From: a virus
Lineage: Duplodnaviria; Heunggongvirae; Uroviricota; Caudoviricetes
Length of the DNA stretch: 64,000 nt
Direction: 5' to 3' (one strand)
Virus record (IMG/VR): IMGVR_UViG_3300020050_013219
Part shown: one piece after another, positions 1 through 10,516 of the stretch
Layout: each line of letters starts with the position of its first letter
Numbering within the stretch: position 1 is the stretch's first letter
Program-made: the position numbers and the translations under genes
Notes under the pieces: model-generated
What the model saw: only the letters and a program-made list of their open reading frames with translations
Told to the model about the DNA's origin: nothing
Databases searched by the model: none

Positions 1-1194
1 TGCAATGTTTACCATGCTGTTCAAGAATACTTTACCCAAAGTACCTGTGTTAAATACAGTCTTTCTATCCTTTTCATCAACCCTTGTCATAAATACACCA
101 TCCAAATATTCTTGCAAATCATCAACAGTCAATTGACCATTGTGTGTTGCATAATGTCCATATTTTTGTAATTGACGTAAACCAGGAGCTACAAAACTAT
201 CTGATTCTGAACTATTTACACCAATAGCATTTGTTACATTTGTAAGGGTTGCTGCACGTCCAAAAGTACACATTACTTCCCTGTCTTGAAGAATCATATC
301 TTCAACTTTCATTTCAAGGAAAGACATAAGACCATCAGATTTCATTGGGGTCATTTTACCATCTTTCAATGATTTGTCCCAAACACCAAAAGCAAATACA
401 GCCCCGTTAACAAAGTCTGAAGGAGAAATTTGATATTTATAACCTTTTTCAGCACTCATTGGCATTTGACCATTACCTTTATTAGCTCTCATTGCCTCAC
501 GCATGGCTGCTTCATCCACTGTAAATTCACGACCATAAGCACCAACTCTATTTCTCAATCTGATAATTGTACCAAAACGTCCTAAACCTGGTTTTGCAGG
601 TGTTCCATAACGAGGTATGGTAGAAGAAACACTATTAACAGTATTATCTTGTTTCAATAAATCAACTGGAATACCAAGAGCTTCTGCACTACCTTGAATT
701 TTACATGAGTAACGGGTTGATTGACCTGTTGAAATACCATCAGAAGTAATTACCAACATATATTCATTGTTGTCAAGCATTACAACTTCATTTTCAGAAA
801 GATATTCAGCATCAAGTTCAATATAAAATTCACGTTGTCCTTGACCAATAAGTCCATCTTGAATAAAAGCTGCATTTTCTGTAATATCATCAACATCTTT
901 TGTAACACGAATAAACATGTCTGTATCACCTACTAAGTCCCATTGGTAATGGTTTGTAGTGATTTTATAATAATTTTTATCTGCACTACCAATGGTAGCG
1001 TTTGTAAACATTTTAGGATAAAAACGGCTTGTTGATGTAAAGATTTTATTTACTTTAACACCAAAATTATGAGGGCTATCTTGATTAAACACAAAACGGT
1101 TTAACTTATCACCTGTTACATTTTTACCTAATCTCATTTCCTTCAAGCTACCAATTTGGAGATAAGCTTGACGGTCTGCAATCTGAACTGTCAT
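1..1194 (-). CDS. Major capsid protein, putative; partial, the 3' end runs off the window
   Basis: Uninterrupted minus-strand reading frame from the ATG at about 1194 down to position 1 (not in the ORF track because there is no stop inside the window). It is the last gene of the TerL-portal-scaffold-capsid order. No sequence motif was verified. Confidence 0.5.
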   Translation of the reverse strand, partial: MTVQIADRQAYLQIGSLKEMRLGKNVTGDKLNRFVFNQDSPHNFGVKVNKIFTSTSRFYPKMFTNATIGSADKNYYKITTNHYQWDLVGDTDMFIRVTKDVDDITENAAFIQDGLIGQGQREFYIELDAEYLSENEVVMLDNNEYMLVITSDGISTGQSTRYSCKIQGSAEALGIPVDLLKQDNTVNSVSSTIPRYGTPAKPGLGRFGTIIRLRNRVGAYGREFTVDEAAMREAMRANKGNGQMPMSAEKGYKYQISPSDFVNGAVFAFGVWDKSLKDGKMTPMKSDGLMSFLEMKVEDMILQDREVMCTFGRAATLTNVTNAIGVNSSESDSFVAPGLRQLQKYGHYATHNGQLTVDDLQEYLDGVFMTRVDEKDRKTVFNTGTLGKVFLNSMVNIA

Positions 1195-1206
1195 TTATAA
1201 TTTAGT

Positions 1207-2184
1207 TTAATATTTATTCCAATCAAGGTCATCAGCTTCTTTACCAAAACCATTTCCTCCACTGGCTATTTTTTTATTGGAGGTTTGTCCTTTCCAATCT
1301 CTATTTATACCTTTTATAATCTCTGATTTTTGCTGCTTAGAAAATATATCAAAATTAATATCTTCATCTTGAATCATTAAGTGTAAAGCAGCAATCAATT
1401 TAGGAGCTTTTTTATTATCTGCCAAAGCTTCTCCAACTCTTTTCAATATGTTAGAACTTTGTTTTCCTGTGTGCATTTCAAGCATTGTATTAACAAGTTC
1501 TTCATTAACATAATCTTTCAATTCTTTATTCCAACCTTGTTCAATCACAGTTTCTTTCATTTGAAGAATCTTTTGGTTAAACTCTTGTACAAAAGCTTTT
1601 CTCTCATTCTCTTGTTTTTCCAAATATTCAGCTTTTCTCTTTTCAACAGAAGATTGTTTATTTTCATTTTCTGCTTTTAATTTCTCATTAGCTTCCGTAA
1701 TAAGTTCATCATTTACTTCCATTGTATTAAGAATGGTGTCAATATGTTTATCTTTCATACCTTGAGCTTTCATTTGACTTTTCAAATATTCTTTTGCTGC
1801 TTCATCTGTTGTAATTTCTGTAACAGTTTCAGGTTCAGCATAAACATGATTAGCAAAGTCTTTAATGCTTGAAATTTTACCTTCTTTTTTCAATCTGATA
1901 GCTTCAAGAATTTCTTCATCTCCAATAGCATCTTCAAGTTTTCTTTCATCTTCAAAGAATTTCAATTTCTTGAAAAGTTCTTCTTCTGTTTCTACATCAG
2001 ATAAAAATTCTGCATCATAACCAAATTCAGATACATAATTTGCCCAATTATTTGGAGTTGTTTCAATTTCATCAGAACCTTCTTGTTCTACAAAATCTTG
2101 ACCTTCAGGAATTTCTTGAGCATCTTTTTCAAAAAAATCATTCTCATCAAAAATTACTTCATTATCGTTGTTGTAATGTTCCAT
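1207..2184 (-). CDS. Scaffolding protein, putative
   Basis: 325 aa, very acidic (E/D-rich) with coiled-coil character, lying between the portal and capsid genes. The call is positional. Confidence 0.5.
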   Translation of the reverse strand: MEHYNNDNEVIFDENDFFEKDAQEIPEGQDFVEQEGSDEIETTPNNWANYVSEFGYDAEFLSDVETEEELFKKLKFFEDERKLEDAIGDEEILEAIRLKKEGKISSIKDFANHVYAEPETVTEITTDEAAKEYLKSQMKAQGMKDKHIDTILNTMEVNDELITEANEKLKAENENKQSSVEKRKAEYLEKQENERKAFVQEFNQKILQMKETVIEQGWNKELKDYVNEELVNTMLEMHTGKQSSNILKRVGEALADNKKAPKLIAALHLMIQDEDINFDIFSKQQKSEIIKGINRDWKGQTSNKKIASGGNGFGKEADDLDWNKY

Positions 2185-4811
2185 TATTTCTTGTTAGTGG
2201 ATTTATTTGCCTTTATACGCTCTTTCTGTAAATCATGTTCTCTATCTTTCTGGTTCTCAATTTGTTTATTTTTTTCCTTAACTTCTTCAAAACTTTGAGA
2301 CCTTGCTTCTGTTATAGCTTTTTGCTTTTCAATGTTAAGTTTTGTTTCACCTTCATTGATTTTTCTTTGCAACTCTCCTGCTTGTAAAGCATCTGAAATA
2401 CCATTATTATCTACGTCAAGTGTTTCTTGGTTTTGATAAACTTTAATATTAGCTATTTCTTTATCAATTTCACCTTTTGCTTCAATGTGTTTTTCTTTCC
2501 ATTGTTCCTGTAAATTAATCAAATCTTTTTGTATTTGAATCATTTCTTTTTGACTTGCTTGTTTCATTTGTTCAACTTTCATTTGTTGTTCCTGTATTTG
2601 AGCATCTCTTGTTTCTCTATCTTTTTGTGCTTTAATAAAATATTTTTGAATTTCATAAGGACTTTCCCCACTTTGCACTGCCAAGAGAAGTTTGCTAAAA
2701 TCAGCAACTGTAAGCATTTGATTTTGAATCATTGCTTGAGATTCTCTTAACATAATATCAAAATATTCTTTTGGATTACTATTGTTAATCATTACACCCA
2801 AATAAGCAAATTCAAGATTTTCAGGTTTAATCCTAAGAACTTCTCTTTGATTTTCACCAAATATATAAGAAAGTCTGTGTTCTCCACCATTTTCAATTTT
2901 ATTCTTTGCCCACTCAATGAAATGATTAACATAACCTGTCATAATTTCTTGCCATATCCAATTGTGTTGTTGAAAAGTAGGGTCAATCATATAACCTGTT
3001 TGTTGCAAAGCTTGTTGATTATCAGTAACATTTCCACTAATCATTTGACTAAGAGCTTGTGGAGAAACTCCTACAATAAGCCCCATTTCAGATTTAATCC
3101 AATTTAACATTTGCATAAGCACTGCAAAGGTTTGTCCAATATCTACTGGAATAACAGCAGGTGCAGGTCTTGTAAGTCCTGGCTTATCTTCAACAAAACT
3201 ATCTTGAATTAAATATCCTTCTTTTCTATATTGAAAGAACTTATTCATTCTTTCTTCAGAAGTATCTCCTAAACCAATTGGAATAGCACTTGGGTCAACG
3301 GGAATTAAATAACCATCCCAACGTTCAGCTAATTGTGCAAGTTTATTAAAAATTACAACATATAAAACATTGTAAGGTTTTAATCTTTCAAATACTGAAA
3401 TTCTTTCCGCATTATAGTTGGATAAGAACTTTCCGTAATAACTAAGTTCATGCTTAAAAGGATTATCGGGATTAATTGGTTGATTTTTAACTTCTCTTAT
3501 TCTTGTATAAAAATTTAAACCAATTCTATACATTTCATATTTTCTTGGCAACCATAACCATTCAACACTTCCACCTTCCCAAAAATAAGTATCAGATTCA
3601 TAGCCCCATTCATTCATTACTTTCTCTTTTACAGCACTTTTTGGGGTATCAAAACTTTCATCTACAAATTCCAATATTTCTTTTCCCATGATGTCAGTTG
3701 TTCTTAAAAAACCAATTTTCTTAAAAGCAACAAATTCAAAATGAGTAACAGGAATTAATCTTTCTCTGTGAACATAAGGAAGCTCTCCATAACCATATTG
3801 TTGTTTTTCATCATAATAAGGTAATCCTTTGGTTATAAGAGCTTGTGTGTCCCATTCAGGATATTTTGTATGATGATGAGTTCTAATATCAATAGTAGGA
3901 CTTTCTATATTGTGAGAGTATAAACCATATCTTGCAAGCTCATCATTTTCAAGTTCTGGAAATTCCAATTTTAGTTGAAATAAAGTAAACATTTTAGTAT
4001 AAGCTGCCCACATACTTTGTTGGACATATTCATGTTCAGGAGATTTGTGGCAAAGAAAATAAGGTAAATTTACTCTTTCAAATTCAGTTCCATCATAAGT
4101 ATCTACAATTCTAACTATTTCTCCATCATTTAATATTACATCTTCAAAACAATCATTCTTTACTTTTTTGTAACGAACTGATGTGTTATAAGTTGCATAT
4201 TGAATAATTTTATTTGCTAAGATTTCTAATTCACTCATAAATCCTTCTATTTGAGGTATTGGATATTGAGCTTTTAGTTCTTGTTCCATTGCTTGAACTT
4301 GCTTTTCAATTTCTGCAAGCTGTTCAGGTGCTATTTGACCAGATTGGTCTTGAGCTGCCATAATTAACTCTTGATATTTTTGATTTGACTGTAATACTGC
4401 TGAAAGTTGTCCTTCAACATATTGAGCTATTTGATTTTTTAATTGCTCATCCTTTTCAACCATTGCTTGTTGGGTGAGAAGTAAAGGAGTATAAGTATCA
4501 TTTCTTCTAAGCTCAACTGTTTTTAGATAATTAACAATTACATTAATAATGTTTACTTTAAAAAAAGTAGTATCAAAATTAGTTTCATCAATACCAAGTT
4601 CATTACAAACATCTTCCCATTCCCCAAAATCAAACTTATCATTTCTGTAAAGATAATTATTGACCATTTTTTGTTGGGCTTCTGTAAGATAATTAGTCAT
4701 TCCTCCAGAAGGTAAATGAAACTCCATTACTCTTTTAAACCAATAATGGTCATTTTCATATTTTTCTGCTTCTGAAAGCCTTAATTCTGGCACTCCTAAG
4801 AAGTAGTCCAT
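2184..4811 (-). CDS. Portal protein, putative
   Basis: 875 aa ORF immediately downstream of TerL on the same strand (ATGA-type overlap). It has a Q/E/K-rich C-terminal coiled-coil extension. The call is by synteny. Confidence 0.5.
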   Translation of the reverse strand: MDYFLGVPELRLSEAEKYENDHYWFKRVMEFHLPSGGMTNYLTEAQQKMVNNYLYRNDKFDFGEWEDVCNELGIDETNFDTTFFKVNIINVIVNYLKTVELRRNDTYTPLLLTQQAMVEKDEQLKNQIAQYVEGQLSAVLQSNQKYQELIMAAQDQSGQIAPEQLAEIEKQVQAMEQELKAQYPIPQIEGFMSELEILANKIIQYATYNTSVRYKKVKNDCFEDVILNDGEIVRIVDTYDGTEFERVNLPYFLCHKSPEHEYVQQSMWAAYTKMFTLFQLKLEFPELENDELARYGLYSHNIESPTIDIRTHHHTKYPEWDTQALITKGLPYYDEKQQYGYGELPYVHRERLIPVTHFEFVAFKKIGFLRTTDIMGKEILEFVDESFDTPKSAVKEKVMNEWGYESDTYFWEGGSVEWLWLPRKYEMYRIGLNFYTRIREVKNQPINPDNPFKHELSYYGKFLSNYNAERISVFERLKPYNVLYVVIFNKLAQLAERWDGYLIPVDPSAIPIGLGDTSEERMNKFFQYRKEGYLIQDSFVEDKPGLTRPAPAVIPVDIGQTFAVLMQMLNWIKSEMGLIVGVSPQALSQMISGNVTDNQQALQQTGYMIDPTFQQHNWIWQEIMTGYVNHFIEWAKNKIENGGEHRLSYIFGENQREVLRIKPENLEFAYLGVMINNSNPKEYFDIMLRESQAMIQNQMLTVADFSKLLLAVQSGESPYEIQKYFIKAQKDRETRDAQIQEQQMKVEQMKQASQKEMIQIQKDLINLQEQWKEKHIEAKGEIDKEIANIKVYQNQETLDVDNNGISDALQAGELQRKINEGETKLNIEKQKAITEARSQSFEEVKEKNKQIENQKDREHDLQKERIKANKSTNKK

Positions 4812-7147
4812 ACTTTACTTTTAGTTTTATATTTTAACTTTTTGTTTTTGAAGGCTGAATAAATGTTGTCATCATTGTTTTTTAATACCTTTTCCTCATA
4901 TTGATTAAACATATTTCTCTTTGCAACCATAATTCCTAACATACTCATTATGCGGTCATAATTTGATTTCTTGCTTTTATCATCTTCATAGTCATAATGA
5001 ATTATTTCACTTAACATACCTAAACTACTTATCCTTTCAACATTTAACTTCTCACCATCTTTGTTTAAAGTAGTAGATTCTTGCAGCCATTCTGCAAAAA
5101 AAGTAAGTAATTCAGGTTTATTTTGTCCAATTAAATAACCATATTTTAATACAAATGAAGCTTTTGCTTTTCCATCATAATTAGTAGGAGTAAATGCTAA
5201 TAACCATTCTTTCTTTTTCTTGGTAAAAAATTCTGTAAGCTTATCATAACCTCTATTACCCTCAAACATTAAGCTTCTTTTAGGGTTTCCATAATAAGCT
5301 AAAAGTAATTCTACTTTTTCATAAAACCTATCTCTTGTGTCTGGCTTACCTGTGTATTCAGCAACTATAACATTACCTGTTTTACCTTCTGTAATATATT
5401 TAGGATTTTTATAAACAAATACACTACCTAAAGATTCACCTAAGTCTTTTTCATCTGAAACATAAGTATCACAACTAAAAAGATATAAATCATCTTTTCC
5501 ATATTCAGGTTCTTCATAAATAATAATATCTGTATCAGTATCTCCTTTTTTATTTTTAGAAGAATTACTACCTTGACTTTCAAAAAAATTATCAATAGTA
5601 ATAGCTTCTTTTGGATTAATAAACTGAACTTCAACTTTTCCATTATTCCAAGATAAATTTACAAATCTTCTAAAATGCTCTTCTTTACCTTGATTTTTCA
5701 ATAATAATAATTGTTGGTATCTTTTTTTGGCACTTTCTTTATTAAAGAATGAACCTTTTCGGGTAAACCACATCTCTTCGACCAGTATAGGATTGTTTAA
5801 ACATTCTTCTCTTAAAGCATCAGGTGTTTCACATTTAGCTCTCCTATTTGCAAAATATTTTAAAACATCTTTTACTAAAGTATTACCATTTTCATCTTTA
5901 AAGTTTCTTTGTACTAATATTGCAGGAAGATAAAGTCCTGTCCTACTTGGAGCTTCTTTAGTATAAGGATTATAAAAAGAGTGCATGTTAAAACTACTTG
6001 GATTTGTAAACATTTCCTTAGCTTCTTGCACAAGTTCTAAATCACTTGAACTTGTACCTGCCATGAGTTGAACACCAAATTTTGTTTTCCTTCTACAAAG
6101 TGCTGAATTTGAACCATGTATGGACTTAATAGATACAGGCATCCTACCACATTCATCTACAATACTTAAAGCCACCCTTGTTGAAGCTGCTGATGTTGTA
6201 GCCCCACGTTTATTTGGAGAATAACTAACTGATTGATAGCTACTTCCAGTTCCCCCAGATTCTCTTCCATTAACTACATATCTATATCTAAAAAAGTTAT
6301 TTGTTTGACCTAAAAAATGTCTTCCTAAAAAAGGAATACTTTCTGCACCTGGAACATGATAAACTCCTAAATCTTCATCTGTAAGTAAATGACTTAAAGC
6401 AACGTCAATTCTTTTATTAATTTCTTTTAAAGGTAAATCTCCTGCTGCACCTGCAATAATATTTGCCGATATTTGTTGTTCTATCCACTCCTTACTAATA
6501 CTTTTAGTACCATCAAAAAGTAATAAATGGCAACATAAACCAATGATACTGAACGTTTTACCTGATGCTCTCGCACCAAAAATCATTAAATCTTCTGCTT
6601 CATTGAACCATTGAGGTTTACCTTTATTAGTATCATGCACATCAAATAAGTAATCTTCAACTGTAATATAAGTCCTAAGCTCTCCATTTGGTTTAAAAAG
6701 ATATTTATACCTTTCAGGGTCTCTTTTAGCTATTATCATTTCATACTGGTCTATAAGAGCTTTATCACAGGAAAATTCTGTTTCTTTTTCAAAGCTTGTG
6801 AAACCATAGCAAGCAGCTATAGCATGTCCAATTAACCATTCTACGTCATCAAGATTAGCTAAACGTGTTACTGTTTCCCTTCTCTCATTTTCCATTTCAA
6901 TTTTAATGTAATTACAGTATAAGTAGGTGGCAGGAGGTAACCAACGCCATCCACCTCCTTGTTTTGCCCATTTACCGTAAATACAATGTTCTATTTCTTG
7001 AATCTTAAATTCCTTATACTGTTTTGTGGAAGGATGATAGTGAGGATGTTTAACTAAATATTGACTTCTATCATGTATATGAATATATTTAAAGTTCTCA
7101 ATAAATTTTAAATCCTCATAAATTTCATTTTCTGTCATAATCAGCAA
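4796..7147 (-). CDS. terL: Terminase large subunit
   Basis: 783 aa with a Walker A motif (GARASGKT in 'MIFGARASGKTFSIIG'). Its size and position at the head of the morphogenesis cluster fit TerL. Confidence 0.65.
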   Translation of the reverse strand: MLIMTENEIYEDLKFIENFKYIHIHDRSQYLVKHPHYHPSTKQYKEFKIQEIEHCIYGKWAKQGGGWRWLPPATYLYCNYIKIEMENERRETVTRLANLDDVEWLIGHAIAACYGFTSFEKETEFSCDKALIDQYEMIIAKRDPERYKYLFKPNGELRTYITVEDYLFDVHDTNKGKPQWFNEAEDLMIFGARASGKTFSIIGLCCHLLLFDGTKSISKEWIEQQISANIIAGAAGDLPLKEINKRIDVALSHLLTDEDLGVYHVPGAESIPFLGRHFLGQTNNFFRYRYVVNGRESGGTGSSYQSVSYSPNKRGATTSAASTRVALSIVDECGRMPVSIKSIHGSNSALCRRKTKFGVQLMAGTSSSDLELVQEAKEMFTNPSSFNMHSFYNPYTKEAPSRTGLYLPAILVQRNFKDENGNTLVKDVLKYFANRRAKCETPDALREECLNNPILVEEMWFTRKGSFFNKESAKKRYQQLLLLKNQGKEEHFRRFVNLSWNNGKVEVQFINPKEAITIDNFFESQGSNSSKNKKGDTDTDIIIYEEPEYGKDDLYLFSCDTYVSDEKDLGESLGSVFVYKNPKYITEGKTGNVIVAEYTGKPDTRDRFYEKVELLLAYYGNPKRSLMFEGNRGYDKLTEFFTKKKKEWLLAFTPTNYDGKAKASFVLKYGYLIGQNKPELLTFFAEWLQESTTLNKDGEKLNVERISSLGMLSEIIHYDYEDDKSKKSNYDRIMSMLGIMVAKRNMFNQYEEKVLKNNDDNIYSAFKNKKLKYKTKSKVWTTS

Positions 7148-7760
7148 ATAGTGATTTATCTTCCAAATCAGTAGCTCTACGTTGTCCTCTTATAGATATA
7201 TCATCTTTTTCTATTGCAAACATTTTAGCACACTCTTTATAATCTTTCATAATAAGAGAAGATGTTTTAAGCATACCATCTAATACATCGTGCGTATAAG
7301 TAACTTTCATAAAAGTATTTCCTGCTTTGATGTATCTTCCTTCCTCATCTTTCTTATAAATATCATCAGGATATTTTTCTGTCCTTAAAATATGTTCTCT
7401 TTCAAGAACTTTTTGCTGAATAGCAGATAAAGCTCTTTCAGGAATTGTCATTATTTTAGCAGGATAATCTTCTAAGCATTGTTTAAATATTTTATCTTCC
7501 CAATCAAACTTAAATATATTATCTACCATTTCTTTTACTCTTTCTTTTTTAAGACGAAGATACTTATTTTCTTGCTCATCAGGTGAATTTAAAATCCAGA
7601 CTGTGTAAAATTCATTACTTGCTTTTTTCTTATCTTTTGATTTATCCCTATCGTACAACTTACTATAAGGTTCTATATATTTTAAATGAGGATTATTTAT
7701 AAACGGATTTCCTTCAAATACTTCACATGCTACTATATCAACGAATTGATTAGTGTCCAT
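7125..7760 (-). CDS. Hypothetical protein; small terminase subunit candidate by position only
   Basis: 211 aa ORF overlapping the TerL start by 23 nt. No motif recognised. Confidence 0.5.
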   Translation of the reverse strand: MDTNQFVDIVACEVFEGNPFINNPHLKYIEPYSKLYDRDKSKDKKKASNEFYTVWILNSPDEQENKYLRLKKERVKEMVDNIFKFDWEDKIFKQCLEDYPAKIMTIPERALSAIQQKVLEREHILRTEKYPDDIYKKDEEGRYIKAGNTFMKVTYTHDVLDGMLKTSSLIMKDYKECAKMFAIEKDDISIRGQRRATDLEDKSLFADYDRK

Positions 7761-8071
7761 TAATTTGTTAGTTTCTCAAACTTTAAATCTGTCTTCTTCA
7801 TTTTGTGTCCTTTAATTATATTTTGTATATTAATATCGTGCAGATTATAATATGTTGCAGCTTCTCTTATGGAATTAAATACTTTATTTTCTGTTATACA
7901 ACGTATTTTGACTTTAACTTTTGATTTTCCAACTTTACAAACATATTCTTCATTTAAGAATCTAAAAGTATAACCATTTGTTTGAGCAGCATTTCCTTGA
8001 CACACTTCTCCAATATGAGACCTTGTAATTAATTCATTTCTCTTCATTAACGATTTTTTTATTCTAAACAA
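7760..8071 (-). CDS. Small DNA-binding protein with tandem NUMOD1-like (homing-endonuclease C-terminal HTH-like) motifs; no nuclease domain
   Basis: C-terminal 'FNSIREAATYYNLHDINIQNIIKGHKMKKTDLKFEKL' resembles the F.SI.EAA...I....GK...GGYKWEY motif of GIY-YIG/HNH homing-endonuclease DNA-binding tails. An N-terminal 'SHIGEVCQGNAAQTNGYTFRF' looks like a second copy. The track start is a TTG; an ATG lies at about 8047. Confidence 0.45.
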   Translation of the reverse strand: MFRIKKSLMKRNELITRSHIGEVCQGNAAQTNGYTFRFLNEEYVCKVGKSKVKVKIRCITENKVFNSIREAATYYNLHDINIQNIIKGHKMKKTDLKFEKLTN

Positions 8072-8072
8072 A

Positions 8073-8096
8073 AAAAGAGCTAATTAAAGCTCTTTT
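8073..8096 (-). terminator. Intrinsic terminator candidate for the minus-strand transcript upstream (9-bp stem aaaagagct/agctctttt, 6-nt loop, T-run on the minus strand)
   Basis: Inverted repeat read directly in the intergenic region between the 8311 and 8071 genes. On the minus strand it is followed by TTTTTTTG. Confidence 0.5.
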
Positions 8097-8310
8097 AAAT
8101 CTTGTAACCAAATAAGTACCAAGTAGTTACAATCTTTGTGAACATTCCTGGTTTTGATTCATCTTCAAATTGTTCAACAACTTTTGTTAATATTTTCATT
8201 TGTTTGTTAGTTTATTTATGGACTTTAATCTTTTATATTTTCTTTCATCAAGAGCTATCTAAACTAAAAACACAAGCAAAATTTGCCCAAGTATAAAAAA
8301 GCACATATTA

Positions 8311-8628
8311 TTAATTAGTTACCCAATAATTCCCAGGACATAAAGCATTAGTACTCAATACTTTAGCTGCTAAATTACAAGAACATCCTTCAAATTTATC
8401 TCCTTTATTTCTCTTTTCTCCATAATAATAAAAACTCTCTTTTACAATTCCTTGTTTTTTAGAAGAGCATTTATTTCCAATTCTGATAGGGCAAGATTCA
8501 CATATTTTAAATCTTCTTAATCCTTCTTCTACTGTCTTCTCATCTAATGTGCCTAATTTGGCTTTTAAGACATTAACAAATCCATCTTGTATATCTGCCA
8601 TCTGATTAATTCGTTCTTTTAAATCCAC
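8311..8628 (-). CDS. Hypothetical Cys-rich protein (8 Cys, including a CxxC pair)
   Basis: 105 aa ORF with a 'CESCP...C...CSC...C' pattern suggesting metal binding. Confidence 0.55.
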   Translation of the reverse strand: MDLKERINQMADIQDGFVNVLKAKLGTLDEKTVEEGLRRFKICESCPIRIGNKCSSKKQGIVKESFYYYGEKRNKGDKFEGCSCNLAAKVLSTNALCPGNYWVTN

Positions 8629-8630
8629 GA

Positions 8631-9455
8631 TTAGCTTAGTTTAAATAGAAAGTAATTTTTACCATTAGGTTCAATAATATGAAAAACATCATTTGAAATG
8701 TTCTTTTGCTTTGTACCTTTTGGAGAACCTATTGGAATTTTAATTCTGAATAATGAAGGTTCAGTTATTGTAACACAATACGGTTCAGCATCATACATTT
8801 CAACTTTTGAATTATCAATATCTGAATGACAATAATAATTACCTAATCCATCTTGAACTTCTTTTCTTGGTTTATATTCAGTCCTTTGATAATACTTATC
8901 ATCATACATTAAAGAAGTTCCAAATTGTTTCCATAAAACATCTTTATGTTTTTGTAAAGATTTCTCTAATTCTTCATAAGTAGGTTTAGTATTTGGAAAG
9001 TTAAATATATCAGAAGGTAAAAAAGGTTTGTTGCAAAGTTCTTCACAATGTTCTATAAACTTTTTATAATCTACTGAACCAAGTTTTTCTTCCAAAGTTT
9101 TATCAGCTTTACCTTCATATTTTACTTTATCGCAAAACAGTTCTTTCTTTTCGTCTAAATTGTTTAGCATTTTCTCAATAAGAGATTTGTAATTAGAACT
9201 TTTAAGTTTCCTAAATACCAAAGCATCTTCTTTATAACCTTTTTCAATATGTTCATTTTGAAAGTCATAAATAGCTTTTGTTATTTCAGACTGCTTCTGA
9301 TATGAATATTTACGATAGTTAATAAAAAACTCTTTATTTAGTATATCTACTACTAATATCATAGGTCTAAAACCATTTTCTTTAATTACATAAGCTTCTG
9401 AATATTCAGTAGCATAAACAAAAGTTAATTCAGGTATCACGTCTATTAATTTCAT
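8631..9455 (-). CDS. Hypothetical protein
   Basis: 274 aa ORF packed in the operon. Confidence 0.6.
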   Translation of the reverse strand: MKLIDVIPELTFVYATEYSEAYVIKENGFRPMILVVDILNKEFFINYRKYSYQKQSEITKAIYDFQNEHIEKGYKEDALVFRKLKSSNYKSLIEKMLNNLDEKKELFCDKVKYEGKADKTLEEKLGSVDYKKFIEHCEELCNKPFLPSDIFNFPNTKPTYEELEKSLQKHKDVLWKQFGTSLMYDDKYYQRTEYKPRKEVQDGLGNYYCHSDIDNSKVEMYDAEPYCVTITEPSLFRIKIPIGSPKGTKQKNISNDVFHIIEPNGKNYFLFKLS

Positions 9456-9646
9456 TTTATTTTTAGTTCTAAGTCATTTAACATAACTACAAATTCTTTA
9501 TCTTTTTCTATTATTTCCAAAGGTTTCTTATATCTAAAATCTTTTGTTTCTAAGAAATACTTTTTATCTTTCTTATCAAACATAGAAAATATTGCTGCTA
9601 TGAAACCTACAATAAACATTCCTAAGAATAAACCGTTCATAAACAA
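9452..9646 (-). CDS. Small membrane protein (one TM helix)
   Basis: 64 aa with an N-terminal 'LFLGMFIVGFIAAIFSMF' hydrophobic helix. It overlaps its neighbour by 4 nt. Confidence 0.5.
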   Translation of the reverse strand: MFMNGLFLGMFIVGFIAAIFSMFDKKDKKYFLETKDFRYKKPLEIIEKDKEFVVMLNDLELKIK

Positions 9647-9650
9647 TTAG

Positions 9651-9995
9651 TTAAGCATAGTCTAAACACACAAGTGTTCCGTTGTAATATCCAAAATTTT
9701 GCTTTTTATAATCTCCCCAATGATATTTATCATATAATTCAATTTCTTGTTCTGTCAAATCCTCTAATTTAGGTTTACATTTAGCTTGAATTTGAAATAA
9801 ACCAAACCAAGAGCAAAAGTATGAATAAGCTATTTTAGTAATATCCATTGTAGTTTTAGAAATACTTCTTTCACTTAAATTACAATAGCATCCATAAACA
9901 AAGTGCCTATGTTCAACTAAGAAATTAGGAATTTTAACTACAAACTTATCAAATACGAAAACTATTCTTGTTGTTCCTTTTTTAACAAACATCAA
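9651..9995 (-). CDS. Hypothetical protein
   Basis: 114 aa ORF. Confidence 0.5.
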   Translation of the reverse strand: MMFVKKGTTRIVFVFDKFVVKIPNFLVEHRHFVYGCYCNLSERSISKTTMDITKIAYSYFCSWFGLFQIQAKCKPKLEDLTEQEIELYDKYHWGDYKKQNFGYYNGTLVCLDYA

Positions 9996-10372
9996 ATAAT
10001 AGTTAGTTCAAAACCTTTTGGTGCAATTTTCAATAAATTATCTAATGTAACTCTTGATTTAACAAGTGTATTTTCAGTATTCTTTACGCCCAATAAAATG
10101 CAACCATGAGTATCTTTTGTATAGTTACCAACATGAATTAAAATTGTATCTCTATCTTGTACATTATCAACATAATAATGTTTCTTAAATTTTTCAGAAG
10201 TTCTTGGTGTACATTTATAAGTTCCTGTTGGAATACAAGATATTTGAAATTTATTATCTTTCCAAGGAAGTTCTAATGTATTTGAAGTAAATATTACTTT
10301 GTCTTTATCAGTGAGTATGAAAACTCCCATGTTACAATCAGTTTTTTCATTACGAATTAATACTGCTTTCAT
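9992..10372 (-). CDS. Hypothetical protein with a conserved His/Cys motif 'ILIHVGNYTKDTHGCILLG' (possible L,D-transpeptidase-like or peptidase-like active site)
   Basis: 126 aa. The IH.GN......HGCI motif is typical of a phage-associated domain family. The call rests on the motif only. Confidence 0.55.
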   Translation of the reverse strand: MKAVLIRNEKTDCNMGVFILTDKDKVIFTSNTLELPWKDNKFQISCIPTGTYKCTPRTSEKFKKHYYVDNVQDRDTILIHVGNYTKDTHGCILLGVKNTENTLVKSRVTLDNLLKIAPKGFELTII

Positions 10373-10516
10373 CTTTTATTAGTTGTTGAATCATTAATTT
10401 CTGCAACATAGACATTTTAGGTTTAGGATAATTTATAATTTCAGGTTCTTCAATTGGCTCATAGCTAATACTACTTACTACTTTCCATTCTTTCTCATTT
10501 TTAAATTTTTTCATAG

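Noticed and set aside
10350-10514. 54-aa minus-strand ORF in the gap between the tRNA and the 9992-10372 gene
   Set aside because: It overlaps the downstream gene by 23 nt in another frame, without ATGA coupling. It is plausible but unsupported and so is left out of the features.
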